A DNA stretch of 64,000 nucleotides. It comes from Octopus vulgaris. Taxonomy: Eukaryota. The DNA is taken from the NCBI GenBank assembly GCA_951406725.2, contig OX597839.1, positions 35,960,001 to 36,024,000 on the forward strand, read 5' to 3'. This document shows positions 1 to 15,326 of the stretch, in pieces (positions within the stretch are counted from its first letter, which is position 1; each line of letters opens with the position of its first letter). The translations under genes and the position numbers were made by a program. The notes under the pieces are model-generated. The model ran no database searches. It saw only the letters and a program-made list of their open reading frames with translations, and was not told the origin of the DNA.

Positions 1-250
1 TAAGCATGAGTTGAGTGGAGGAATGTTAAGCATGAGTTGAGTGGAGGAATGTTAAGCATGAGTTGAGTGGAGGAATGTTAAGCATGAGTTGAGTGAAGGA
101 ATGTTAAGCTTGAGTGGAGGAATGTTAAGCATGAGTTGAGTGGAGGAATGTTAAGCATGAGTTGAGTGGAGGAATGTTAAGCATGAGTTGAGTGGAGGAA
201 TGTTAAGCATGAGTTGAGTGGAGGAATGTTAAGTATGAACTGAGCGGAGC
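1..250. repeat. 26-bp tandem minisatellite (TAAGCATGAGTTGAGTGGAGGAATGT)n, about 9.5 copies, runs off the left edge
   Basis: Unit read directly with period 26; one copy has a short deletion near 110 and the last copy is degenerate. Confidence 0.95.
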
Positions 251-871
251 AGTCAAAAAAGGAAGGAAAAAAATATCACGAGTGGAAGAAAGAACATTGA
301 CTTTGGGAAAACAGAATGGTGGTGGTGTGGTGGTGATGGTGGTAGTGGTGGTGGTGGTGGTGGTGGTGGTGGTGGTGGTGGAGGCAGCGGCGGCTTGTTT
401 TGTTCACTGGGGACATACAACAACAACAACAACATGGTTCTAATCCACAATGAAAGATCCACCAACTCTTCCCCCACCTATTTCCATTATTAAGCAAGCA
501 GAGCAAGAGACAGCGAGAAAGAGTGAGAGAGAGAGAGAGATGAGGAATAAAACCCCACAATATGTCTTGCTACTAAACATCAAAGAGGTTTGGTCGCTAT
601 GGTTACGCCATAATGCTTCCATTTAAAAGTCTAAATAGCCAGGAGTCTTCAGGGAGGAAATTATACTGCTGCTGTTTCTGCTGCTGTTGCTGCCGTTGCT
701 GCTGCTGTTGCTGCTACTGGTAGTGTTGCTGTTGATGTTGTTGCTGTGGTTGTTGTTGTTGTAATTAAGATTTTTCACATTGGATATCATTATAAAGAGG
801 AAAAGAATATTGCAAATTTGGATAATGAGTAGAGAACGCCAATAAGAACTACGAGAACAACAACAACAATA

Positions 872-982
872 ATGATGATGATGATGGTGGTGATGATGAT
901 GATGATGATGATGATGACGATGATGATGATGATAATAATAATGATAATAATAATAATGATAATAATAATAATGATGATGATG

Positions 983-1019
<37 letters not shown>

Positions 1020-1102
1020 TAATAATAATAATAATGATAATAATAATAATAAAGATAATAATAATGATAATAATAATAATAATAATGATAATAATAATAA
1101 TG

Positions 1103-1139
<37 letters not shown>

Positions 1140-1195
1140 TAATAATAATAATGATAATAATAATAATAATAATAATAATGATAATAATGATGATG

Positions 1196-1253
<58 letters not shown>

Positions 1254-1262
1254 TAATAATAA
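872..1262. repeat. (ATG)n/(ATA)n trinucleotide microsatellite
   Basis: Direct reading; explains the poly-M/poly-I ORF 872..1306. Confidence 0.95.
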
Positions 1263-1279
1263 TTATTATTATTTTTTAT

Positions 1280-1412
1280 ATTTCTTTACTACCCACAAGG
1301 GGCTAAACATAGAGGGGACAAACAAGGACAGACAAAGGGATTAAGTCGATTACATTGAACCCAGTGCGTAACTGGTACTTTATTTATCAACCCTGAAAGG
1401 ATGAAAGGCAAA
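1280..1412 (-). mobile_element. SINE family B, 3' portion
   Basis: Reverse complement matches the family-B core and tail (TTTGCCTTTCATCCTTTC...AGCCCCTTGTGGGTAGTAAAGAAAT) seen in the copies at 7227 and 59234. Confidence 0.85.
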
Positions 1413-1460
<48 letters not shown>

Positions 1461-2717
1461 GTAAGTGTTATCATGTACATTGTTTTGTCTTGGTATAAAT
1501 GATGGCCTACAGCAAATATTCTGCTCAGTATCACAGATTTGCCTTTCAGTTGCTTGACCTTGACCAGCTGAGCATGTCCCTTAGTGGCTGACGATATGTG
1601 CATCTCTGATCATAAGTAGTGGGGGAGCACCATAGTTCAAAATCTGCCAAGATCAAATTTGCTTTTCATCCTTTCAGGGTCAATAAATTAAGTATCAGTT
1701 GTGTACTGGGGTCGATCTAATTAACTGGGCCCCTCCCCACAAAAAATTCAGGCCTAGAAAAGTATATTTTGACAGTTACAGAATATAGAAAGTAATGTAA
1801 CACCAATGACTATATAATCCAACCAAAATAGCTCAGTTACACAAACGTAAACGGAATTACTATTTAACCTTAAAATACATTTAACTAACCTAAACTATAC
1901 ACACACACACACAAATACATTCATATATATATGTCTCAAGTTGTAGCTGTAATTTAAAGGGGCCAACCTTGTCATATTCTGCGTGAGACTGAATCTCCCT
2001 GAGAACTGTGTTAATGTTATGCATGTCTGTGGAGTACTCAGTCATTTGTGAATAAATTTTATCCTTGTGTGGTAATGAAAAGTGAAATTGACTTCTAATA
2101 TTTGCTGTGTGTATGTATCTATGTATGAACTTTTCTTTGGATTTATGTATCTACTGTCTCTCTTGCTTTCTCTGTTTCTTTTTCACTTCCTTTGTGTCCC
2201 TCTTCTTTCCTGCTTTTGATTTAACAGTGTGTATATGTATCTATGTATCTACTTTTCTTGCAATGTGATAAACATTTAAAAACACAAAACGAACACCGTC
2301 ACCACTCTCTTTCACTCTCTCTCTCTCTCTCTCTCACTCTTCATTTTCTCTCTCACTCTCCCTTTCTCTCTCTCTTTCTCTTACTTCCTCTCTGTCCTCC
2401 TCTCTCTCACTTTGCCACCTCTTTGAAGTAAGTGTGACGCACACAACAGGTACATGCAAAAGCAAAAAGTTAGTGTATTAATATTATTGATAATAACACA
2501 ACCACAACAACAGCAAGAGCAACAAAGGCTGAATTTTTTAAAGTTAGCAGGTTGGTCAATTCCACCAACCCCAGTACTCAACTGGTACTTATCCTATCAA
2601 CCCCTGAAAGGTAAAGTGGACCTTGGCAGAATTTGAATCCAGAACATTGGAGACAGACGAAATACCACTAAACCTTTTTATTTAGCCATAATAATAATAA
2701 CGACAATAACAATAATA

Positions 2718-2794
<77 letters not shown>

Positions 2795-3082
2795 AAGAAG
2801 AAGAAGAAGAAGAATTATAATAATAATAATAAAAATAATTAAAAAAATAATAATAATAATAATAATTAAAAAAATAATAATAATAATAATAGCCAAAAGA
2901 ACAACAATAATATCTATAATTTACACTGTCAACAACAACAATACCAATGGCAATAATAAAAATATCAACAATAACAAGAAAAAACAACAGAATGAGTAAA
3001 AACAACATTAGAAATGGCAACAACAACAACAACAGCAATAACAACAAATCTTCAAATGGAAAACTGTTCTTTACTAACACTG

Positions 3083-3113
<31 letters not shown>

Positions 3114-3230
3114 AGTAATGTGTGTCTATGGATGCAAGTGTTAGAAATTCTGTTAGCAAGAATGTGTGTACGTATGTTCGTATCTAAATGTGTTTATGTG
3201 TGTGTGTGTATATGAATATACATATATATA

Positions 3231-3290
<60 letters not shown>

Positions 3291-3322
3291 ATAGATACAC
3301 ACACACATATATACATATATAT

Positions 3323-3411
<89 letters not shown>

Positions 3412-3860
3412 CATATGTTTATATGTGTTAAGTGCATGTATTACTACACAGCAGTGTATTGTGCAATTATGCACACATCTATCTATCTATCTGTCTATCG
3501 ATCTATCTCAATATGTATCTATCTATCTAACTAGCAATCTGTCTATCTGCTTCGCATACAGAACACATACACACACACACACAGGCACGTGCATATATAC
3601 ATACACAGACAAATAATATGCACATGTTATATGCATATGTATACATGTACATACACATATACACATTGACGAACACACAACACACACTCACACACATTCA
3701 AGTATGTAGACTGCTGTGTTAAGTGCCTGTATTACTACACAGCAGTGTGTTCTGCAGATATGCACACATCTATCTATCTATACATTGGTTGCAATTGCAT
3801 CCATATATGCACACGTATGCACAAGTTACAAGTATGTGTGCATGTGTGTGTATCCATATC

Positions 3861-4275
3861 TCTTTTACTCTTTTCCTCTTTTACTTGTTTCAGTCATTTG
3901 ACTGTGGCCATGCTGGAGCACCGCCTTTAATCGAGCAACTCGACCCCGGGGCTTATTCTTTTGTAAGCCCAGTACTTATTCTATCAGTCTCTTTTGCCGA
4001 ACCACTAAGTAACGGGGACATAAACACACCAGCATCGGTTGTCAAGCAATGCTAGGGGGACAAACACAGACACACAAACACACACACATATATATATAAA
4101 TATACATATATACAACGGGCTTCTTTCAGTTTCCGTCTACCAAATCCACTCACAAGGCTTTGGTCGGCCCGAGGCTATATTAGAAGACACTTGCCCAAGG
4201 TGCCACGCAGTGGGACTGAACCCGGAACCATGTGGTTGGTAAACAAGCTACTTACCACACAGCCACTCCTGCACC
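3861..4275 (-). mobile_element. SINE family A, full length (tRNA-like head, central microsatellite, TAAAAGAG tail)
   Basis: Near-identical to copies at 26955, 42604, 50791, 56902 and 61412; head has A-box-like TGGCTGTGTGG and B-box-like GGTTCAGTCC. Confidence 0.92.
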
Positions 4276-5326
4276 TATGTACACACACACGAACGAGTGA
4301 GTGCGACAGAGTAGTGGTGGCTGTTTAGCCAGAGTCGACACGGCCACCACCACCACCAGTGTCGGCGGCCACCGTAGCTGTCACCGTTTTCGAAAACCAT
4401 AGATCGAACATTATAGACGGCAGCGAACAGAAATCAATAGAACAAAGTCAGTTCAAAGTGTTTTTGACGTTTCAGCTATAACACTGATTGATTCTTCCAT
4501 TCTCTGTTCTCCATTCCTTCCAGAAACTTCTGTTACTTCGACCCACTTCTTGCTTTGTCATTCGTAGCCTTTTCATCTTTTCCAATTTAATTGCTTCTCC
4601 CTTATCACTTCCTCTCTTTCTCCCTCTTTTCCTCTCCCTTTCTCTTTCTTTCTTCCTTTCTGACTTCCTTTCTTTCTTCCTTTCTCACTATACTTATTGC
4701 ATCACATACACACATCAAGGCATTTATATATGCATGCATACATACGCATACATAAGTGAATACATGTCATACGTACATACATTCTTACATACACACACAT
4801 ACACACACACACACACATATATGTGTATATATATATATATATATATGCTCACACAAGACACAGACACACAGACACACATATCTATCTATCTATCTACCCA
4901 TCTATTTATTATATTTATACAGTATATATAATATATACATACTTACACACACATATATATATAGAGAGAGAGAGAGAGAAAGAGAGAGTGAGATTGCTAG
5001 ATAGATAGACAGACAGACTGACAGACACTCGCATATGCATGCACACATACACACATACACACTACATACATACATACATACATACATATATACACAGGTA
5101 GATATAGATAAATATTGATGCTTCTTTTTATGCCAAGTTATGATAGAAAAAAAATATTTCACATTAAACAGAAAAATTATTCAATACTTTTCTGTAGAGT
5201 ACATATTTATTATTCTTTTACAAGGAGGAGGAGAGCGACAACAGTGACTTCGAATGGGGTCGACTGGGATGACAAATTTTACATGATGTGGCCTCCTCAA
5301 AGAAAGAAAGGAAGAGAGACAGAGGT

Positions 5327-5393
<67 letters not shown>

Positions 5394-6315
5394 CAGATGG
5401 ATGGATGGATGGATAGATAGATATATAGATAGATAGATAGACAAGTGGATAGATAGGTAGGTAGATAGGTAGGTAGGTAGGTAGGTAGGTAGGTAGGTTG
5501 ATAGGCAGATAGATAGATAGATAGATAGACAAGTGGATAGATAGATAAGGTAGACAGATAAGTAGGCAGATAGGTAGATAGATACAGGAATACATAGATA
5601 GATAGATGGATGAATGGATGGATGGATGGATGGATGAATGGATGAATGGATGGATGGATAAATTTCAGGTAGGTAAACAGATTGACTGGTTCACAGGTAG
5701 ATAAGATGTGGATAGGTAGATAGATAGGTAGATAGGTAAATAGCTAGGTCAATCTTTGCCTCCTTCGCCCCCTCTTTCATCATTTACTTTTTTCAGATAC
5801 CTTCTTCCTCTGAATACATACATACATACATACATACATTCATACATACATATATACATATATACATACATACATACATACATATATACATATATACATA
5901 CATACATACATACATATATACATATATACATACATACATACATACATACATACATACATACATACATACATACATACATACATACATACGTATGTATGTA
6001 CATGCATACGTGTGCATACACACATCTGTTTAACACCTGTATGTATATTCATGCATATAGACAAAGTGTGGCAAAAAAAGGCCTCCAAGATTTACCATAC
6101 TTTTTAAACCTTTCAGCAGCAATTACACACAGATAAATATTCTCAAAGTTTTTTTATTCCTGGCAGTGTTGTGGTACCAAATAAATGAGATGAGAAGACG
6201 TGTGTGTGTGTGTGTGTGCATGCGAGAGAGAGAGAGAGAGAAAGAGAGAAAGACAGATCAACTGGTTCACAGGTAGGTAAGATGTGGACAGGTAGATAGG
6301 TAAATAGGTAGATAT

Positions 6316-6535
6316 ATTTCTTTACTGCCCACAAGGAGCTAAACATAGGGGGGGAAAAACAAGGACAGACGAAGGGATTGAGTCAATTATATCGCCCCAG
6401 TGCGAAACTGGTACTTTATTTATCGACCCCAAAAGGATGAAAGGCAAAGTCGACCTCGGCGGAATTTGAACTCAGAACGTAACGACAGACGAAATACCGC
6501 TAAGCATTTCGCCCAGCGCGCTAACGTGTCTGCCA
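6316..6535 (-). mobile_element. SINE family B inserted in the second copy of a local duplication
   Basis: Family-B match; its flanks (6259-6313 and 6541-6620) together repeat 5685-5808. Confidence 0.88.
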
Positions 6536-7015
6536 TCTGCATAGATGAATAGCTAGGCCAATCTTTGCCTCCTTTCTGCCCCCTCTTTCATCATTTACTT
6601 TTTTCAGATACCTTCTTCCATTGTCACCACCACCACCACCACCGTCGCTTGACAAGATGTGGGGTTGACCTAGCAGTCAAGAACTACAAGGTTACAGATT
6701 CAAAACCCCAGTTCGAGTGGAGGATGTAGTGACACGTAGTAACAGTGCATACAGCCGCTCCATATCTTATCCGATTGAAATATCAAAAGGCGATTTGAAA
6801 TTGGATTGTACAAGACCCTTGGTTTTTTCATTACAATACATTTCTCGGGAACTTGGGACCTAAGGACCTGTGCGCATATGCAGACTAAGATGTACTTGAA
6901 ATCTGCTGCTGTTTGACATTCACATTAACGTTATCATTATGGAACAGTTGTAGGAATAATTCTGTAACAAGAGAAACACAGACTTGTAGGAACAGAGACA
7001 CCAAATAGACAGACG

Positions 7016-7068
<53 letters not shown>

Positions 7069-7226
7069 TAGAGAGATAGATAGATAGGTAGGTAGGTAGG
7101 TAGGTAGGTAGGTCGGTAGGTAAGTAGGTAGGTAGGTAGGTAGGTACTTAGATAGATAGATAAATATACAGACAGACAGTTAGAAAGACAGACAGACAGC
7201 TAGATAGACGAGATAGAAAAGATAGA

Positions 7227-7460
7227 AGGCAGTGAGCTGGCAGAATCGTTAGCATGCCGGGCGAAATGCTTAGCGGTATTTTGTCTGCCATTATGTTCTG
7301 AGTTCAAATTCCGCCAAAGTCGACTCTGCCTTTCATCCTCTCGGGGTTGATAAATTAAGTACCAGTTATGCACTGGGGTTGATGTAATTGACTTAATCTC
7401 TTTGTCTGTCCTTGTTTGTCCCCTCTATGTTTAGCCCCTTGTGGGCAATAAAGAAATAAG
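7227..7460 (+). mobile_element. SINE family B, full length
   Basis: GGCAGTGAGCTGGCAGAATCGTTAGC head, GAGTTCAAATTCC B-box-like motif, GTCGACTCTGCCTTTCATCCT core, AAAGAAATA tail. Confidence 0.92.
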
Positions 7461-8086
7461 AAAGATAGCTAGATAGATAGGTAGGTAGATAGATAGATAG
7501 ATAGGTAGGTAGGTAGGTAGGTAGATAGACAGATATATCGATAGATAGATAGATAGATCAATAGATAGATAGATAGATAGATAGGCAGGACACTATTGGC
7601 AGTAACCTAACGATTCACAACTAAATAGATTTATTATTAAATCTAAAGACAGGCAATTTCTATTCCTAAAGCCAAATTTAGGCCCTATTTACATCCAGAA
7701 TATTTCTGACCAGCCGCCGGCCATAATCAAGAGTCTTGTTGGAATAAATAAGCAGGAGAGACATTGATCTACCATCTTCAATAGTGCATTTCCTTACTAT
7801 AATGATGCACTAGTTAAGAGTGGTTTCACTAAAAGAAAAAAAAAAAAAAAAAGAAGAACACTAATAATTTATATGGCTGAGAGAAAGGACTTCAAATATG
7901 CCATTTCTCACTTTCATTTTGCCTCTCAGTCTCTCTCTCTCTCTCTTTCCTTCTCTCTTTTTTCCTCTGCCTCTATTTTTGTGCCATTCCATCCTCTGCA
8001 CCCCACCCCTCCCTTGTGCATTCTTCCAATGATTATTTCTTCTAGATTATATTTTCGCTCTCTTCAACTTTCTTGTTTCCCTCTGT

Positions 8087-8442
<356 letters not shown>

Positions 8443-9577
8443 CTCTTATTCATTCACTCATTATCTATGTATATATCTCTCCCTCAGTCTACTCTCATTT
8501 TAAACACACACATGCATATACACATGCAGTGACACAACACATAGACACATGTATATACACATGCATATATATGAATGTGTTTCACATACAACATATATAA
8601 ATGCATACACGTATCTATCTATCTATCTCTCACTGTATATATATATATAAGAGCCTCTGTTTGCGTCTGTGCATAATCTTTCATTCCTCTTCAATATATT
8701 CCTTCCTCTCCACATAATTCTTTCTTACTCTCACCACACTTTCTATTTTGTCTCTCTCTCTCTCTCTCTCCTTCTGTCTCTCCCCTCTCTTTCCCTCTCT
8801 CTCTCTTTCTCTATCTATCTATCTATCTCCCGTAATCACATATACACACACATGTGGAGGGGTGAATGTGCATATGTGTAATACAACTGTAATTGCATGT
8901 GTGTGTGTGTTTGTGTGTATATATAACATGAGTGTGTGTGTGTGTGTGTATGTGTATATATATAACATGAGTGTGTGTATGTGTGTGTGTGTGTATATAT
9001 ATAACATGAGTGTGTGTGTGTGTGTATCTATATATATGTGTATGTATATGCATACATACATATACCCAAACACACACGCGCACACAAACACACAAACACA
9101 CATACACATGCATATCATCACATCTATTTATTCGAGTCTCTCTTCTCTAATCACTTCAAAAATCTACCATTGCATTTCCAGAGAATCGAAAGAATTATTT
9201 CGAGCCATTATTTCCACCATTTTAAGCCAGATTTTCCCATTAGAATCGCCCAAGCAATTTACTATTTCCACCGTTCTTCCCTTCGTCTTTCCTCTCTTCC
9301 ATATCATTATATCAGATCGGTTTCCATACAATTCTCTATCTCCAAAAGAGATTGGTCTTTTAATTCTAAAAACATTTTCATTCATTGCACTTTCCTTTTC
9401 TCTCTCTCTCCCTCTTTCTCTGTCCCCCTGCCACCCACCCTCCCTCCATTCCTGCTTTCCAATTTTCCTTCAGGCTTGAATTTGTGTTTTTCATTTAAAT
9501 ATATCAATGGTTTATTTAAATGTGTGAGAGAGAGAGAGAGAGTTTGTATGTTTATATGTGTCTATAAATATCTATAC

Positions 9578-9647
<70 letters not shown>

Positions 9648-9795
9648 AAAATTTTGCTATGAGGATTCTTAAGAATCAAGGCACATCAACCTGAAGGAAG
9701 CCAGAAATTGGCAAGGTTCATTCACTTAGAGCTCACAGTGAAATAAATAACATTGAAGGCTTCAAGTGCTGTCAGGATACTGCCATTTGTGCTAT

Positions 9796-9843
<48 letters not shown>

Positions 9844-9844
<1 letters not shown>

Positions 9845-10010
9845 GTGCAAGTGTGGCTGTGTGGTAAAAGCCTTGTTCCCAACCACATGGTTCTAGGTTC
9901 AGTCCCACTGCATGGCACCTTGGGCAAGTGTCTTCTACTATAGCCTTAGGCTGACCAAAGCTTTCTGAGTTGATTTGGTTAACAGAAACTGAAAGAAACC
10001 TGTCACACAC

Positions 10011-10045
<35 letters not shown>

Positions 10046-10312
10046 TGTATGTATGTATGTATGTATGTATGTATGTATGTATGTATGTATGTGTGTTTAT
10101 ATATTTGTGCACATATCTGTGTTTGTCCCCACACCATTGCTTGATAACTGATGTTGGTGTGTTTACATCCCCATAACTTAGCAGTTCAGCTAAAGAGACC
10201 AATAGAATAAATACTAGGCTCACGAAGGATAAGTCCTGGGATTGATTTGTTCAACTAAAGGTGGTGCTCCAGATAGGCCGCAGTCAAAAATGACTGAAAC
10301 AAGTATAAGAAT
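9844..10312 (+). mobile_element. SINE family A, diverged full-length copy with central (ATGT)n
   Basis: Colinear with family A from head to GACTGAAACAAGTA tail. Confidence 0.88.
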
Positions 10313-10572
10313 ATATATCATTTACAGTACACACTATAATGATGCAAGCAATTAACGGTTTCTCACTGTGGAAACATGCTTCATGTCTTTCAGCAATCTT
10401 TAGGCTCTGAGCACATGATTTCTCAAATCATGTGCTCAGAGCCCCAAAACTGCTTGGGGATGCAAGAACTGAACCTGGACCCATGTGGTTCGGAAGCAAA
10501 CTTCTTACCACACGGCCATGCCTGCACCTATACCACACCAGTTATAATTTTTTATCTTATTATCAAGAATTC

Positions 10573-10808
10573 CGGAGATGTACCTGCATAGCAAGTGATT
10601 TGATCTGAGATCGTGTGCTGGAACGAAAACAATTGCAGCGTGGAAGGTGTTTGTAAGCCATTTAAGAAACACACAAAAACATTTAGATTCACTTCAACAT
10701 TTTAAATTTAATTTGTCAAAATATTTTCTAAACTTAAATGTTGAAGTGACTCGAACGGCTTTTGTGTGTTTCTTAAATGGCTTACAAACACCTTTCATGC
10801 TGCAATTG
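10573..10808. mobile_element. Short element with internal inverted repeat and 13-bp target-site duplication (Penelope-like inverted terminal repeat candidate)
   Basis: Arms about 10628-10710 and 10729-10810 are reverse complements; TTATCAAGAATTC at 10560-10572 and 10809-10821; an un-inverted copy of the family lies at 54631-54837. Confidence 0.75.
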
Positions 10809-11308
10809 TTATCAAGAATTCACTGGAAAGTTATTGGGAGGGAGGGAGGATGGATGGAAGATACCCTAAAAATGGAAAACTGGCCTGGATGCTTACAATA
10901 AATTGGACTTTGCCAAAGGTACCCAAAGTGATATTTGGACATTTTAAACCAGGTAACAACTGAATGGACTCTGTTAAATGTACAAGGTGTCAAATGAACA
11001 TGTGAAACCGAGTAGGTTGTGGCGGGATTTCAACACAGAATGTAAAGAGCTGGAATGAATACCACAAGGTACCTAGCCTGGTGTTCTTACAGTTCCCCCC
11101 AACCTGACATCATCAATTGGTACTTTTTTTTATCGCTCTTGAAAGGATGAAAAGTAAAGTTGATCTTAGTGGGATTTGAACTCAGAACATTTAAACAGAA
11201 CAAATATCACAAAGCATTTTCTTCGATGATTTCATGCCTCTGACAATTCATCGCCTTTTTTTTTCTTCTTAAATTCACACACAGTCATATATACAATAAC
11301 ACACGCGT

Positions 11309-11346
<38 letters not shown>

Positions 11347-12350
11347 ACACATACACACTCAATGACATGCATTTTGCAATCACACTCACTTGCACGTGTA
11401 CACAATCACTCGCTTTTCCATCTCAACCCAAAGAATAACGCCATCGTCCCCCACCGTCGCTGACGCAACCACCACCACCACCACCACCATCATCCCAACG
11501 GCCACTGCTAGAACCACCGACATCACTACAACAACAACAACAACGACTATCACCACCACTACAACCACCGCCACCACCACCACCACCACCTCCTCCGCCA
11601 TCAATCTCTTTTCCTTATTTAAAGAGAGAGATTTTTTTCCCCTTGCTTCACAATTCACCCTATATTATTCCAGTTTCTACAAATTCCAGCAACGTCTACA
11701 TCGATAGATACGCACGCACACACACACACACAACACACACACACACACTCATGTATACAGACACACATATACAGCAAGTACTCATACGCATACACATGCA
11801 CATACACACACCTCTAAACTATTATTATTCTCAGCCAATCTCCTTCATTCCATTATTTCTTCAAGCTATTTCACTCAATTCTCTTCTCTTTCTTCCTTGC
11901 TCTCCTTCTCCCTTGCTCTCCTTCTCCCTCTCCGCATGTAAGTGCACTCGTATGTAAATGTGTATGCATTTGTGTGTGTGTATATACACATACACACACC
12001 TATCTATCAATGCATTTATCTAGCTATCCATCTATCTATACATCTATCTATCACCTTATGAACATGTCTCTCTTTCTATTTATACATTTATCCATCTCTC
12101 CTTCCATTTATCAGTGTATCTATCTAACTCTTTGTCTCTCTGTCTACCATTCTACTTATCTATCTATTTGCCTATACATAAAACAGTCTTTCTATCTATC
12201 TATCCATCTATCTATCTATCTATCTATCTATTTATATATCCGTCCATTCATCTGTCCAGTTATCTACATCTTTATCTATCCATCCATCTACCAATATATC
12301 TACCTCTCCATTTGCCTATCTATCTATCTAACTACCTACCTATCTGTCTG

Positions 12351-12393
<43 letters not shown>

Positions 12394-12398
12394 GTCTG

Positions 12399-12458
<60 letters not shown>

Positions 12459-12496
12459 CCTTTCTCTCTCTCTCTATCTATCTATCTACCTATATC

Positions 12497-12544
<48 letters not shown>

Positions 12545-12583
12545 CCTATCTATCTACCTATCTATCTACATCAATCTATCTAC

Positions 12584-12621
<38 letters not shown>

Positions 12622-12637
12622 ACATCAATCTATCTAC

Positions 12638-12669
<32 letters not shown>

Positions 12670-13130
12670 CTATCTACATCAATCTATCTACCTCTCTCAC
12701 TCTCTCTCTATCTATCTATCTATCTATCTACCTCTCCCTCTCTCACTCTCTCTCTATCTATCTATCTACCTATCTACCTACCCATCCATCCCTGTATTTT
12801 CCTTCTCATTCCTCGCCACTTCACTCGGTCCTTTCATACATACAAGTATTCGACACAAAGAGAGAAATGCAACTCGGCAAAGCACATTCGCCTCATAATG
12901 CTAAACAACCTTTGTTCTCTTCTCTCTTGCAATGGTGTGTAAAATAAAACGAAATAAAAATATCAAGAGAAAATACAGCTCACTACACAAAGGCAAACGA
13001 TACTGTAATGAAAAGTGCATAATGTAAAATGTATAATGCAAAACTAGCTATGAATGCACCATTAATGTAACATTGCAACCCAATAGAAAGGACTTGTAGT
13101 TAGTAATAAAGGAAGACGCTCCTTCGCCTT

Positions 13131-13561
13131 CACCATCATCATCACCATCATCATCATCATCGTCATCATCATCATCATCATCATCATCACCGTCATCATT
13201 CAAGCTGTTGTTATTGTTATAAAGGTTAGGGCGGCGAGCCGGCAGAATTGTTTGTTAGCTAGTTGGGTAAAAATGCTTGGCAGTGGCGCTTATCCTGACT
13301 TCGCGTTCCGAGTTCGAATTCCGCCGCCGAGGTCGACTTTGCCTTTCGTCCTTTTTTTGGGGGGGGGATAAAACGAGTACCAGTTGAGTACTAGGGGGGG
13401 GGGGTCGATGTAATTGACTATCCACCTGTCCCAAAATTTCAGGCTTTGTGCCTATTGTGGAAAGGAGTATTATTATCATCGTTGTCGTCATCATCATTAT
13501 CATCACCATCAACATCATCATCATCACCATCTTCATCATCATCATCATCACCACCACCATC

Positions 13562-13593
<32 letters not shown>

Positions 13594-13923
13594 CATCATC
13601 ACCGTCATCATTCATGTTGTTGTTATTGTTATAAAGGTTAGGGCGGCGAGCCGGCAGAATTGTTTGTTAGCTAGCCGGGTAAAAATGCTTGGCAGCGTTT
13701 ATCCTGGCGTTATGTTCCGAGTTCGAATTCCGCCGCCGAGGTCGACTTTGCCTTTCGTCCTTTTTTGGGAGTGAGGGCGGATAAAACAAGTACCGGTTGA
13801 GTACTGGGGGGGGTGGTCGATGTAATTGACTATCCACCTGCCCCAAAATTTCAGGCTTTGTGCCTATTGTGGAAAGGAGTATTATCAACATCGTCTTCGT
13901 CATCATCGTCGCCATCGTCATTG

Positions 13924-13962
<39 letters not shown>

Positions 13963-14288
13963 CCGTCATCATTCATGTTGTTGTTATTGTTATAAAGGTT
14001 AGGGCGGCGAGCTGGCAGAATTGTTTGTTAGCTAGCTGGGTAAAAATGCTTGGCAGCGTTTATCCTGGCGTTATGTTCCGAGTTCGAATTCCGCCGAGGT
14101 TGACTTTGCCTTTCGTCCTTTTTTGCGGGGGGTGGATAAAACAAGTACCAGTTGAGTACTGGTGGGGGGTGTTCGATGTCTTACGTTCGATGTAATTGAC
14201 TATCCACCTGCCCAAAATTTTAGGCTTTGTGCCTATTGTGGAAAGGAGTATTATTATCATCGTCGTTGTCGTCATCATCATTATCATC

Positions 14289-14320
<32 letters not shown>

Positions 14321-14336
14321 CATCACCACCACCATC

Positions 14337-14368
<32 letters not shown>

Positions 14369-14693
14369 CATCATTATTACCATCATCATTGTTGTTGTTA
14401 TTATTGTTATAAAGGTTAGGGCGGCGAGCCGGCAGAATTGTTTGTTAGCTAGCTGGGTAAAAATGCTTGGCAGCGCTTATCCTGGCTTCACGTTCCGAGT
14501 TCGAATTCCGCTGAGGTCGACTTTGCCTTTCGTCCTTTTTTTTGGGAGGGGAGGTGGATAAAACGAGTACCAGTTGAGTACTGGGGGGGGTCGATGTAAT
14601 TGACTCTCCACCTGCCCCAAAATTTCAGGCTTTGTGCCTATAGTGGAAAGGAGTATAATCAACATCGTCTTCGTCATCATCATCGTCATCGTT

Positions 14694-14725
<32 letters not shown>

Positions 14726-15281
14726 TCTTGTTGTTATTGTTATAAAGGTTGGGGTAGTGAGCTGGCAGAATCATTTGCCGGCACACCAGGTAAAATGCTT
14801 AGCAGCGTTTCTCCTGGCCTTGTGATCTAAGTTCAAATTTAGCCGAGGATAACATTGCCTTTCATCCTTTCAGGGGTCGATAAAATAAGTACTAGTCGAG
14901 CATTGGGATCAATGTAATTGACTTACCCACTCCTCCAAAATTGCTGGTCTTATACCAAAGATTTCAAACCAGTATTAATGTGGCCAGCTGATAGAATGCT
15001 TAGCAGGGTTTCATTTGTCTTACGTTTCAGAATTCAAATTCCACCAAGATCAACTTTGCCTTTCATCCTTTTGGAGCCAATAAAATAATTAAAGGGCAAA
15101 ATGCTTAGCAGTGTTTTTCCCCGTCACTACGTTCTGAGTTGAAATTCTGCCAGGGTCTTACTTTGCCTTTCATCCTTTTGGGGTTGATGAAACAAGTACC
15201 AGTTAGTTACACACTAGGGGTCGATTTGATCGATTTATCCACTCACTCAAAATTTCAGGCTTTGTGCCTATAGTAAAAAGG

Positions 15282-15326
<45 letters not shown>

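Noticed and set aside
1-250. 26-bp repeats as a CRISPR array or telomere
   Set aside because: Units are contiguous with no spacers and do not match TTAGGG.
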